From assembly GCF_006345805.1 (NCBI RefSeq), contig NC_043020.1, positions 7,626,001 through 7,690,000 on the forward strand: a stretch of DNA of 64,000 nucleotides, written 5' to 3'. Of the stretch, positions 46,813 to 60,261 are shown piece by piece. Under the pieces are notes generated by a model that saw nothing but the letters and a program-made list of their open reading frames with translations, was not told the origin of the DNA and did no database searches. The stretch comes from Octopus sinensis (Eukaryota). The position numbers were made by a program, and so were the translations under genes. The stretch's first letter is position 1. Every line of letters begins with the position of its first letter.

Positions 46813-48244
46813 TGGAAGATACATATTAAATGATGATGATGACACATTAAGTTTCCACACAGTTTCTGTCTATCAAATTCATTCATTCATTCATAGGGTA
46901 TTGACTGGTTTGGGACTGTAGGGGAAGATACTTTCCCAACGTGCTGCAAAGTAGGGCTGAACCTGAAACCATATGGTTGGCAAGCAAACTTCTTAACCAC
47001 ACAGCCAATACCTAAGCCTATAAGACTTCTTTCTGAAGGATGAGTCTGTTTTTGATGTAATGGGTGTGAATGGATGTAAGTTGGTTTACTCAGTCACTTG
47101 CTACAAGTTTCATTATTGAAAATTGTATCAACAGACAGACAACTTGGCACAGTACCATCATCCCGCCCTGGGGCTTTACGTTATATTGGATTTCATTGGT
47201 ACAAGGATCAAACTTATATTACAAAAGTACTTCACAAGCACTTCAATATCATTTTACAGCTCTTTATGTGTGTATGTGGGTGTGTATATTGTATGTATAT
47301 ACTTTGTTTTTATGTCAAGTTATATAAAAATAATTTAATGTTAAACTGAATTACTCAATACTTTCTTCTAAAGTTCATGTTTATTAAACTTTTGTAAGAA
47401 ATAAAATGACAATAACTTTGAAGTTTTAATCTATTAGCCTTTCTCATCATCATCATTGTTTAACGTCCATCTTCCATGCGTGCAGGAGAAGGATGGTTGA
47501 AAGGAGCTGGCCAGTTTGAAAAACTATCCTAGGCTACTGTGTCTGTTTTGGCAGGGATTTTACTGCTGGATGCCCTTCCTAGCACAAACCACTCTGCAGT
47601 GTGGACTCAGTGCTTTTTACGTGGCACTAGCACAAGCAAGGTTAGTTTTGGCATGATTTTTACAGCTGGATGACCTTCCAAATGCCAACCACGTCACGGT
47701 GTGGACTGGATGCTTTTTACATGGCAGCAGTACTAGCAGGGTCATCAAGTAACTCACAAGACAAAGAATTATGAGAGGGGCAGGGCATTTGAGGAGGGGA
47801 ACTTGCGCCAGAGGATGACAGGTTAGAATGTGACAAAGAGACAGATAGACAGAAGCAGGATGGACAGATGGATAGATAGATCATTGTTGCTTCCAACGAT
47901 GAAGGTTCAACTGCTTAATCAACTGAATTACCTTCCAATTTAGTTAATAAGTGGCTGAATATTCCATAGACACATTTATCCTTTATAAAATTCTCATGCA
48001 GAATCAGCTTGACACAGTATGTGACAAAACTGTGCCATTTGGGATTCCGATACAATACATCTCTCAGGGTTCTATAGGAAATGACACTTGCCCAAGGTGC
48101 TATGGAGTGAGATTGAACCCTGGGTCTGTTGAACATGCTACAAACTTCTTAACCATTCAGCCACATTGCACCTATATGTGTGGCTGTGTGTGTGCGTGTG
48201 TGCATGTGTGTGTGTGTGTGTATATATTTATATATATATATATA

Positions 48245-48420
48245 TAGTTAATCCAAACAAGAAAGCACAAAAAAAACACAACAATGCGAGGACGTGGAAC
48301 AAATATAGTATTATTGGACGCTCAGGAAAGAAGGAAAGAAGGAGGGTTTAACGTTTCAAGCGGAGCTCTTCGTCGGAAACATAGGAGAAGGATAGATCCA
48401 GAGAAGGGAAGACAGAGGAA
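48245..48420 (-). mobile_element. Penelope-like terminal repeat with hammerhead-like motif (48346-48380)
   Basis: Minus: GTTT-CCGACGA-A-GAGC(TCC)GCTT-GAAAC-GTT-AAAC. Confidence 0.7.
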
Positions 48421-48782
48421 AAAAAAAAATATATATATATAAAAAAAATATATATATAGATAGATAAATAAATAGAAATTTTGAAGACAAGAAATTCAAG
48501 ATAAAAATGTATGATTATCTTTGAGATAAATATGCAGGCATATGTATGTAAAACTACAATAATAATAATAATCCTTTCTGATATAGACACAAGGCCTGAA
48601 ATTTCGGAGGAGGAAGTAAGTTGATTACATTGACCCCAGTACTCAACTGGTACTTATGCTATCAACCCTGAAAGGCAAAGTCGACCTCAATGGAATTTGA
48701 AATCAGAATGTAAAGACAGCCAAAATGCTACCAAGCATTTTGCCTGGCGTGCTAACAATTCTGCCAGTTTGCTGCCTTAGTG

Positions 48783-48813
<31 letters not shown>

Positions 48814-49379
48814 TGATTTCTATTATAGGCACAGGGCTTGAAATTTTAGCAAAGTTGACTCCAGTAGAATTTGAACTTGCCACCAACAGAATCAAAACAA
48901 ATGCTACAAGTCATGTTTTTTTTTCTTTTTGATTCAGCCTCTCCACACCTCTTAATTATTTCTGACATAATCACTAGGCCAGAAACTCAGGGGGTGGGGG
49001 TGGGGGAAGAGGATTATATTAACTTCACTATTTGACTAGAACTGTATTTTATTGACCCTGCAAGGATAAGAAACACAGTTGACCTTGGCAGGTTTTGAAC
49101 CTTGGAAACATAAAGGGACATAATTAAATTCTGCAAGACAGTATGTCCCGTGCAACTCTGGACCAAATTATTCATTTTACCAATGTTACACAACATTCTA
49201 TTTATAACTGATGCTTGCTATACAGCACACATACATTATGGACATTGCTTCATATTTGTGTATGTATGTGTGGTGTGTGTGTGTGTGTCTAGTCAACATT
49301 TTGTATACACGAATCCATGTGTGTGTGTATGTGTGTGTTTGCATATTAGATGTAAGTATATTATATACAACCATGCTTG

Positions 49380-49423
<44 letters not shown>

Positions 49424-49618
49424 GACACATGCATATATACACATACGTTTATATATGTATATTTATATATGTATGTATATATGTTTATAAATATGTGTTA
49501 GATAATTTTCTTAGACACCAATAAATCCATGTTAATGTCTTCTTTGTATGTGTGTATATAGGCAGATAAATGCTTGTATGCATATATCTGCACATATATA
49601 CATATATATTTCTGTTGG

Positions 49619-49639
<21 letters not shown>

Positions 49640-49654
<15 letters not shown>

Positions 49655-49668
49655 AATATGTGTAGTGT

Positions 49669-49699
<31 letters not shown>

Positions 49700-49972
49700 A
49701 TGTGTAGATGTGTGTGTGGTGTGTGTGTGTGTGTGTGAATATGTGTAGATGTGTGTATGTGTGTGTGTGTGTGTGTGTGAATATGTGTAGATGTGTGTGT
49801 GTGTGTGTGTGTGAATATGTGTAGATGTGTGTGTGTGTGTGTGTGAATATGTGTAGATGTGTGTGTGTGTGTGTGTGTGTGAATATGTGTAGATGTGTGT
49901 GTGTGTGTGTGTGTGAATATGTGTAGATGTGTGTGTGTGTGTGTGAATATGTGTAGATGTGTGTGTGAATGT
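49640..49972. repeat. Minisatellite (TG)n-AATATGTGTAG(A)TG, about 9 units of variable length
   Basis: Constant GTGAATATGTGTAG spacer between (TG)n runs. Confidence 0.92.
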
Positions 49973-50394
49973 ACATATATGTTTGTGTGCTTATATGTAT
50001 GTATGTATATATATATTTGTGTATATATGGATATTTATGATATTTATTTTTACCTTTTAACATTGAAAGAAAACATCAAATTCAGTTTTAATTCAAATAT
50101 ACACATGAATTAAAATTGTACATAGCTTCCCCATCGACACCATGGATACTATACATTGCTAGCATTCCTGGGAAAAACGGTTCCTGCTTGCATTCTTGAG
50201 CCTTCACTTCCTGTTTTAAACAATATGCTTGGAATGAACGACCGTTTCACTTGATAGAAATATACATACACACACTTACAAGCATATACACAAAGCATAT
50301 ATCATCTAGCTTATGCTGGCAAGGGAAAAAAATTATATATATATATATAGTAATTTTTTGTTATGTATTACGTGCGTATGCATTTGTATATGCC

Positions 50395-50456
<62 letters not shown>

Positions 50457-50459
50457 CGT

Positions 50460-51160
50460 GTCGCAGGAGTGGCTGTGTGGTACGAAGCTTGCTTTCCAAC
50501 CACATGGTTCCCAGGTTCAGTTCCATTGCATGGCACCTTGGGGAAGTGTCATCTACTATAGCTTCAGGCCAACCTAAGCCTTGTTGAGTGGATTTGGTAG
50601 ATGGAAACTGAAAGAAGCCCATCATATATGTATATATATATATATATATATATAATTAGGTTTAAGGTTAAAAAATTAGGGTTAGGGTTGGAAAGTCGTT
50701 GTAGGATCGACTACTTACAACTAGCTGGCGAGGGTGCGCGCACCGGGACCACTGTTCGCTAGTAGTACTAGCCTTGTGAGTGGATTTGGTAGATGGAAAC
50801 TGAAAGAAGCCCGTCATATATATATGTATATATATATTACTATATATATATATATATATATATATAGCCAGCGCTGCCTTGACTGGCTTCCGTGCCGGTG
50901 GCACGTTAAAAGCTCCAACCGATCATGGCTGATGCCAGACTCCCCTGGCACGTAAAAAGCACCCACTACACTCGCGGAGTGGTTGGCGTTAGGAAGGGCA
51001 TCGAGCTGTAGAAACACTGCCAGATCAGACTGGAGCCTGGTGCAGCCTCCTGGCTTCCCAGACCCTGGTCGAACCGTCCAACCCGTGCTAGCGCGGAAAA
51101 CGGACGTTAAACGATGATGATGATGATATATATATATGTGTATGTATGTATATATGTATG

Positions 51161-51213
<53 letters not shown>

Positions 51214-51407
51214 TCCCCACCACTGCTTCACAACTGGTGTTGGTGTGTTTACGGCTCTGTAACCTAGTGGTTTGGCAAAAGACACTGATAAAATAAGTAC
51301 TAGGCTTTAAAAAAATATCCTGAAGTTGATTTGTTCAACTAAAACCCTTCAAGGTGGTGTCCCAGCATGGCTACAGTCAAATGACTGAAACAAGTAAAAG
51401 ATAAAAG

Positions 51408-51410
<3 letters not shown>
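50460..51410 (+). mobile_element. Composite: SINE A split by a GC-rich insert, a duplicated segment and a family C copy (50870-51125)
   Basis: A 5' half, (TA)n, insert 50656-50770, repeat of GCCTTG..GAAAGAAGCCC, (TA)n, family C, microsatellite, A 3' half. Confidence 0.85.
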
Positions 51411-51452
<42 letters not shown>

Positions 51453-51800
51453 TGATGCATACATATAAATTTTAGTGAGATAGGGTTTATTTGACTTTCC
51501 TATGAAACTTGTATGGAGTCAAACTGTTATTAAATAATATACATAACTCTTAACAAATGTGTCACTTGTCACTTTCTTTTGTTTGTCCACTCATCTGTAT
51601 ATATGCATACATACATCACCCCAGGGCGCAGTTGGTAATTTTATCAACCCCAAAAGATGAAAGGCAACGTCAGCCTTGGTGGAATTTGAACTTAGTATGT
51701 AATATATAATAATAATAATATTAGAGAGTATAACTCTAAACTTACAGGGAAAAATTCAATTTAGTATTAAATCAAATTTCAGAATATAAATATATATATA

Positions 51801-51962
51801 GGCGCAGGAGTGGCTGTGTGGTAAGTAGCTTGCTAACCAACCACATGGTTCCGGGTTCAGTCCCACTGCGTGGCATCTTGGGCAAGTGTCTTCTGCTATA
51901 GCCCCGGGCCAACCAATGCCTTGTGAGTGGATTTGGTAGACGGAAACTGAAAGAAGCCTGTC

Positions 51963-52002
<40 letters not shown>

Positions 52003-52218
52003 TTATGTTTGTGTGTCGGTGTTAGTCCCCCTAGCATTGCTTGACAACCGATGCTGGTGTGTTTACGTCCCCATCACTTAGCGGTTCGGGAAAAGAGACC
52101 GATAGAATAAGTACTGGGCTTACAAAGAATAAGTACCGGGGTCGATTTGCTCAACTAAAGGCGGTGCTCCAGCATGGCTGCAGTCAAATGACTGAAACAA
52201 GTAAAAGAGTAAAAGAGA
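51801..52218 (+). mobile_element. SINE family A, young full length
   Basis: Near consensus. Confidence 0.93.
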
Positions 52219-52424
52219 GTAAGATATATATATATAATATATATATATATATAAAAGAAAAAACACTATTATGTAATTCAAACAATGACAGATGTCCGTC
52301 TTCCATGCTGGCATGTGTTGGATGGTTTGACGGTATTCCTCAAGCTCCATTGTTGGCTTTGGCATAATTTCTACAGCTGAATGCCCTTCCTCAAGCCAGC
52401 AACTGAGAGATTTTTCTTTAATAA

Positions 52425-53030
52425 TAATAATAATAATAATAATTGTGTACAGTACTCAGGTGCACTACAACTCATCTAAAGTGTATATATAATCAGGTGT
52501 AGTTTCGGCGGATTTCGGAAAGTATGAGGGCCTTAAAGGATGCAGTGTCATGGCAGTCAACAACTGACGCAGGCAGTTTATTCCATGCTTCAGCAACTCT
52601 GAGCGTGAAAAAATGTTTCCGAAAGTCATGGGAGCTGTGTTGTTTTCTGACTTTGTAGGCATGTCCACGTGTTTAGACACATGGAGATCAAAAGGTGTTC
52701 AATGTTGTTTGTTGGTGAGGTGGTTGATAACTTTGTGGGTGATTACCAAGTCCGTCGCCAGACGCCGGAGCTTCAGTGAATCCATGCCCAGGGAAACAAG
52801 GCGCTCAGAATATGGTAGGTGTCTGATGGAGGGTATGCGTTTGGTTGCACGTCTCTGGACAGATTCCAGGAGGTCAATGTTCTGAGCAAGATAGGGATTC
52901 CAAACTGATGATGCGAATTCCAAGTGTGGTCGTACCATAGCTGTATACAGTTTTAAATAGATGGCTGGAGAGCGGCTAACAAAAGTCTTGCTGAGTGATG
53001 CCAAGACACCCTCGGCCTTCTTGACAATAA
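52425..53030 (-). mobile_element. CR1 LINE 3' fragment, second subfamily
   Basis: IVKKAEGVLASLSKTFVSRSPAIYLKLYTAMVRPHLEFASSVWNPY...ESVQRRATKRIP; (ATT)n tail. Confidence 0.93.
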
Positions 53031-53443
53031 GCAGCAATGAGTTTGGCAAGTAACTTGCAAACAACAGCAAAGAAGGAGAGGGCTCCCCAAAGCTTTCTTC
53101 ATTTTCATCTTTGTTTCTGGCTTTATGTCAGGTGTTGAGATGCTAAATTATAATACAGGGGTCAGGCACAGGTGTCTTGCTATACAAGAGATTCACGGCT
53201 ACCTCACATTACATATGAGTGGTTAGGAGTAACTGGAAAGGTGATGGAAATTTTGGTAATAAGGTGTCAGAGCAAGGAGGTGTGTATAAGAAAAAATACA
53301 GAATAGCAATGGGGAGGTGTGGGTGGAGAAATTCATAACTGTGAGAAGAGTTACAGGGTGCTTGTGAATGTGGAAATATATATATATTTATAAATGTGTG
53401 TGTGTATAAATATGTAATATGTGCAGATGTTTGTGTGTATGTT

Positions 53444-53474
<31 letters not shown>

Positions 53475-53484
53475 ACAGCCTTGT

Positions 53485-53870
53485 GGACAGGAGTGGCTAT
53501 GTGGTAAGTAGCTTGCTTACCAACCACGATTCCAGGTTCAGTCCCAATGTGTGGCGCCTTGGGCAAGTGTCTTCTACTATAACCTCGGGTTGACCAAAGC
53601 ATTGTGAATGGATGTGGTAAACGGAAACTGAAAGAAGCCCATCGTATATATATATGTTTGTGCCTCTGTTTGTGCTCCCAACATCGCTTGACAACCGATG
53701 CTGGTGTGTTTACCTCCCCATAACCTAGTGGTTCAGCAAAAGAGACTGATAGAATAAGTACTAGGCTTACAAAGAATAAGTCCTGGGGTCGATTTGCTCG
53801 ACTAAAGGCAGTGCTCCAGGATGGTCGCAACCAAATGACTGAAACAAATAAAAGAGTAAAAGAGTATATA
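53485..53870 (+). mobile_element. SINE family A
   Basis: Family body and tail. Confidence 0.9.
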
Positions 53871-55695
53871 TATATATATATATATATGCATATGTTCGTG
53901 TAAACAAGCAGACATATTGAAACATTGTTTTACAGCTGGATGACCTCCCGTCAGTAATATTTATCTCTTATTTCATGTAAAGAGACGTCATTCTGTTTGT
54001 CTTACAAAGCGTTGAGCTACCAGACAATTTGTTAATTGGGAAATAACCGCAAACTTCACCATCCGTAGCTCAGTCAATTTCTGCAGAGCAGAATGTAAAC
54101 ATTAACATACATGAATGCACATACATGTAAATAGATACACAACTCATACTAAACCGTCATCATTATTGTTTTAATGTCCATGTTTCCATGCTTGCATAGG
54201 TCAGACAGAATTCATGTTAGCAGTTGTTCTCCTTCCAGATGTGTCCTTCCTGCTGTTAGCCCTCACTTCTTACCAAGCAAAGTAGTATTTCCCTATGGCC
54301 AGACATGTTTTTCATAGAAGACTTGAATAAATAATATCCTTTATATGATAGTGACACTCTTTTAGAACAATCATGATATTAAGTGGAGTCACGTCCCTCA
54401 TGCATATGTGATGAGCTTCTTTTAATGTCTGTCTGTCTGTCAAATCCACTCACAAGGCTTTGGTTGGACAAGGACTATAGTGGCAAATACTTGATCAAGG
54501 TGCTTCACGGCAGGACTGAGTCTGAAGCCACATGATTGGGAAACAAACTTCCTAACTATACAGCTGTGCTTGTGCCTACCGTCATCATCCTCGTCAGTCA
54601 ACTTGCCTGGACCAGTGCAACTCTTCCATACCAGCTGTCCCGATTGAAAGATGTGGAATGAACATCTGGCTTGAGTTTGAGACAGTTGCTCTTTCCCTAG
54701 CTGAAATATCTAATCTCTGTACACCACAACTACAAATGGTAGCAATTGTTTGCTGACTGAACTGGATGGTCATGGCTGTTAACAGTTTGTTGTCTGTCCA
54801 TTCATTCAGCCGCGAGTGAATTCACCATTGACTCAATAAATTAATTCGTTGAAATACTTTACATTCACCATGCTGCATCTCATGATTTCAACGTACCTGG
54901 GCTCTGGTGATTACATGCTACTTAACTTGTAGCTAGGAGGCTGACAGGTGTGGCTACCTCAAGGTCTACAGAGTAGACTGGAGAACAGTAGTGACTAAGA
55001 AGTGGTTCCACACTCCACAATCAAAACCCTGAAACTCCTGAACCTCTGGATGCATTTGAAATCATGACCAGGACATACCTTGTACATATAGCCATGCACA
55101 TATGCACACATATTTAGCTACACATATATACACATATTTATACATATTCTACAGGCCTTCTCAAGTGCCTAGTGCCTAGTTATAACACCTACAAGGAATG
55201 TAAACATTATCAGTGTTTTCCTCATCATGTGATCAGTAAAGCTGTGCAGTATCAACATTCACATAGATTCATATACATACACATATGCATACACACATAT
55301 GTATATATTTACATATACGAGAGGCTTCTTACAGTTTACGTCCACTATATACATGCACAAGACATTGACTGACCTGGAGCTATAATGTAAAATATCACTT
55401 GTTCAATGATGCATGCTTAAAAAGCCATAGGAACTACCCTCTAAAAGGAAAAAAGGCAACTTACCAGATACATTCCACCCCAACCCCCATATACATACAT
55501 ATATACAAGAGTAATCGCATAAGTGTGAAACAAGGTGGAAAAAAATAGTACTCGAATACCAGCGGTAGAGTAATATGCTTTATTAAAAAGCAGCAACAAT
55601 ATCACAAAAACTGTTACTCAGAGTTTCACGTTCCTGTTCAATAAATGGGATCGTCAAATTCTGAGTTTTTGTGATATTTTTGCTGCTTTTTAATA

Positions 55696-55770
<75 letters not shown>

Positions 55771-55799
55771 TGCACATATATATATGTATGATGATGATG

Positions 55800-55835
<36 letters not shown>

Positions 55836-56359
55836 CACACATACACACACACACATATATAATGATGATTATATATATATATATATATATGTATATTGTC
55901 TTGTTTCTGTCATTGGACTGTGGTCATTCTGAGCACTGCTTTGAAGAGTTTTAGTCAAAGAAGTTGACCCCTGTAGTTATTTTTTAAGTCTGGTACTTAT
56001 TCTGTCTCTTTTGCCAAACTGCTAAACAAACCAACACCAGTTGCCAAGCAGTTGGGGTGGGGACAAAACAGGCACAAACAGACACATACAGGTATATATT
56101 TATATACAATGGGCTTCCACACAGTTCCATCGGCACAAGACATTGTCAGCCCTGGGCTACAGAAGAAGATACTTGCTCAAAATGTTATCAGTGTGACTGA
56201 ACTCAAAACAATCTGGTCAGGAAGCACACTTCTTGATCACTTAAGCCATGCCTGCACCTATTATCTATATTTTAATTGCCTAATCCTCATTTCCACAAAC
56301 GCATTTTTTTCTCTTTTCCTGTCTTGTTTATTTTGTTGGTGTTTTTGGTATTTCTGTAG

Positions 56360-56421
56360 AAGAAGAAATAAAATATTTGATGGAAACGTGCAGTTATACT
56401 ATATGTACTTGATAAATTGCA
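56360..56421 (+). CDS. Candidate second exon (62 nt)
   Basis: Long pyrimidine tract ending TTTCTGTAG|, donor GCA|GTGAGT; the only frame open between them matches the phase left by exon 33489-33574 (R-RRNKIFDGNVQLYYMYLINC). Confidence 0.3.
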
Positions 56422-56476
56422 GTGAGTGTGGCAACAGGTGGTAGAATTTAAATTTTGCATCAATATATTAGACATA

Positions 56477-56888
56477 GGCGCAGGAGTGGCTGTGTGGTAA
56501 GTAGCATGTTTACCAACCACATGGTTACGGGTTCAGTCCCACTGCGTGGCACCTTGGGCAAGTGTCTTCTACTATAGCCTCGGGCCAACCAAAGCCTTGT
56601 GAGTGGATTTGGTAGATGGAAACTGAAAGAAGCCCATCGTATATACGTATATATATATATGTATGTGTATGTGTGTTTATGTGTCTGTGTTTGTCCCCCT
56701 AGCATTGCTTGACAACTGATGCTGGTGTGTTTGTGTCCCTGTCACTTAGCGGTTCGGCAAAAGAGACCGATAGAATAAGTACTGGGCTTACAAAGAATAA
56801 GTTCCGGGGTTGAGTTGCTTGATTAAAAAGACGGTACTCCAGCATGGCCGCAGTCAAATGACTGAAACAAGTAAAAAAGAGAAAGAGA
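56477..56888 (+). mobile_element. SINE family A, full length
   Basis: Near consensus. Confidence 0.92.
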
Positions 56889-57299
56889 GAATATTATTTG
56901 TAGTGACCTCTGATTTCCCTGACGAAGAGTCCCGTGTCCAAATTATCGAGCATGTCTTCTTTGTCACCGCATACTAACTTATTCCTCTTTGTCAACTGTT
57001 TGCATTCCATAATTTGTCTGCTCAAGCCATTGCTAGATTCCCCAGGTCTCACTGGTTCCTTAAAATATTTTACCAAATATGCTATCATTGGGATGATAAT
57101 GTTTGTTTATATATTCATGGTATTATTACAGACAATTCCGCATACACACAAATATGCTTACATGCCAACAAATACATAAATTTACAATTATGTATAGCTA
57201 TGCATGCATTAGTATGATAATATTTACATCTATGTGTTAATATAGACAACTGCATATGCACCTGTGCAGAAAGATGCTTATATATATATATTATACTCT

Positions 57300-57455
57300 T
57301 ACTCCTCTTACTCTTTTTACTCTTTTACATGTTTCAGTCATTTGACTGCGGCCATGCTGGAGCACCGCCTTTAGTCGAGCAACTCGACCCCGGGACTTAT
57401 TCTTTGTAAGCCCAGTACTTATTCTATCGGTCTCTTTTGCCGAACCGCTAAGTGA
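57300..57455 (-). mobile_element. SINE family A, 5'-truncated young copy
   Basis: 3' body only, CpGs intact. Confidence 0.9.
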
Positions 57456-57521
57456 CGTTTTTATTTTTTATTTTATTTTATCTAGTTTCAGCTCACGAGC
57501 TGTGGCCATGCTGGGGCACCA

Positions 57522-57571
<50 letters not shown>

Positions 57572-57913
57572 CATGCATTCATGAACATATGTATAAGCAT
57601 GTATACATGTATGTATGTATATATCTTTAAACACACATGCATATATATTCCTTTGAATACATATACACATTTGCGTGTATATATATATATATATATATGT
57701 GTATTTATCTGATTGTATGCAAGCACTTTTCTCTGTGTGTGTGTATGTAACTGTCTATATACATATACACGTCTGTGGATGTTGCGCGTATATTATTGAT
57801 GTATGTGTGTGTATTTAGATATGTGTGTAGATAAATGAAATGTCATTTATACACACTAGCACAAACAGCGAAGAGATGGTGGAGCTGAAACATGTAATCA
57901 TTATATTAGCAGG

Positions 57914-57947
<34 letters not shown>

Positions 57948-58409
57948 ATGTGTATATGTATATGTGTATATATACACTCACACACATATACACATTACAT
58001 CACATCCCAAATGTTATCTGTTCAAGTAATGATGTAACCATAAAATCATGCTGCACAAAATCAATGATTGCACCCTGACAATACAATTTCATTCTCCTCC
58101 TCCTCCTCCTCCTCCTTCCTCCTCCTATATCCACTCCTCTTTTTTCCTCTTCCTGTCCCTCTCCCCCTTTTACTCATTCTTTCATTCTGTTTTTCCTTTC
58201 CTTTTTTTTTTTAATTTTTTTTTTCGGCTCTTTGTCTCTTTACTTTTTTCCCCCTTGATCTATCTGTCTGTCTGTCTGTCTGTCCAGCCGTCTGTCTGTC
58301 TGTCTGTCGGTCGATCTCTGTCTGTCTGTCTCTTTGTGTAAGGTTTGTCTGTGTGTTCGTCTCGCAGACATTCACCCCCCCCCCCGCACTCACACAATGT
58401 CTTTCTGTT

Positions 58410-58775
58410 TTTACGAGCACACACACACACACACACACATACACACACATACACACACACACACTCTCTCTCTTTCTCTCTTTTACCTTGTCTTTGTATT
58501 TCACTCCATCTCACACACACACATACACACACACACACACACATACACACACACATACACACACAACACACACTCTCTCTCTCTCTCTCTTTTACCTTGT
58601 CTTTGTATTTCACTCCATCACACACACACATACACACACACATACACACACACACACACACACACATACACACACACACATACACACACACACATACACA
58701 CACACACATACACACACACACACACATACACACACACACATACACACACACACATACACACACACACATACACAG
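58410..58775. repeat. (CA)n array containing a ~105-bp duplicated unit
   Basis: CTCTTTTACCTTGTCTTTGTATTTCACTCCATC occurs twice (~58478, ~58587). Confidence 0.9.
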
Positions 58776-59139
58776 AATCTGTATTCACAGATACATAACA
58801 ATTTCATCACTTCCTCCCTCTCTCGTTTCTTCCATCACTCTCCCCCCCACTCTCTCTCTCTCTCTCTCTCTCTCTGTCCCAATGCCCATGTGCTTTACTT
58901 TAATCCATAATGTCTTCATCACTCTCCCATTTACACACGTAGACTCTCTCTCCCTCTCCCTCTCACTCTCAATCTCTCCGTCTCCTCTCCTTCACTCTCC
59001 TTTACTACACACAGTCTTGCTCTCTTTCATTATCATACTTTCACATTACTTATTATTAGTTATTAATAGAACGAGAGTGAGTTGGCACAAACTGCAGACC
59101 AATGGAATTTTAATAATTTAGTTAGATGCTTTAGTTGTT

Positions 59140-59540
59140 GCAGTTGTTGTTTTCTTAGCTCCAGGTTAGCCTTGACTGAACACACCTAAGATCAAATGCA
59201 TTCCAGCTGCGACTATCCTGTCAATTATTTTGTTCACACCAGTATTTCTAGGACTACATTATCCAATGTGTCCTTCCTTCTGTTAGGTGTAGGGAATGAT
59301 TTAAGATTTGGCTGCTGTTTCTTGCAGGTTAAGTGACTGCATTAAGGCTTCCTTGTTGACATATTATGTTGTTGTTGTTGTTTAGCTCCAATTCAGCGCT
59401 CCAATTGTGACCATCCTGATTTTTATCAAGACATGGCATATACTTATGACTGTATTTTCCAAGATGTCTTTCTGTCAAGCATGATTTGAGGGATATTGTG
59501 GTGTTATTTTTATCAGGTTCATCACCCATGTAAAGGCACC
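59140..59540 (-). mobile_element. Two decayed copies of SINE-like family F
   Basis: TTTAGCTCCAGGTTAGCC...GGACTACATTATCCAATGTG...GATTTGGCTGCTGTTTCTTGCAGG and a second, more diverged unit. Confidence 0.6.
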
Positions 59541-59956
59541 CTCATTGGATTGTCACTACTTAATGTAGTTTACCCCATTCAAGCTGCTAATTCATTCTGT
59601 AAGGGCATGAATGTCACCTCCTTCCATTTCTTCTTCTATAAAATGAAGGCTTTGTGCCCAGTTAAAAAAAAATAACATCACCATCATCATCATGATCAAT
59701 CATAATGCCCACTTTTTCCTGCTTGCATGGGTCAGACTGAATTAATGCAGGCAGTTGTTCTCCTTCTGGATGCCTTACCTGTTGCCAACCCTCACCTGTT
59801 TCCAAGCAAGGTAATATTTTTCCCTTGGCTGACATGCTTCAGTGGAAGACTGGAAACCAACAATACCACTTATGTCAAGGTGACACTGGTTTACAACTAT
59901 CGGAAGACAAGAAAACACAAGAAACCTTCTCCTTCCCCCATGCAGCTATATGCACA

Positions 59957-59993
<37 letters not shown>

Positions 59994-60168
59994 TACATAC
60001 ATATATATACACATACACACATATATATATATATATATAGTAAAATTTAGATTCAGTTGAATATGGTACTTAAGTTAAAGGTACCAGAATTTGGTATGAT
60101 ATTATTCATATAATTCAAAATGGGTTGTTTACAAATGGGTGATTGTAATCACCCCATTTTGAAATATA

Positions 60169-60214
<46 letters not shown>

Positions 60215-60261
60215 CACATACATACATGCATAAATAAATATATGTGTATGTGTGTGTGAAT

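Noticed and set aside
50676-50687. Telomere or interstitial telomeric array
   Set aside because: Only two perfect TTAGGG units; kept only as part of the insert finding.
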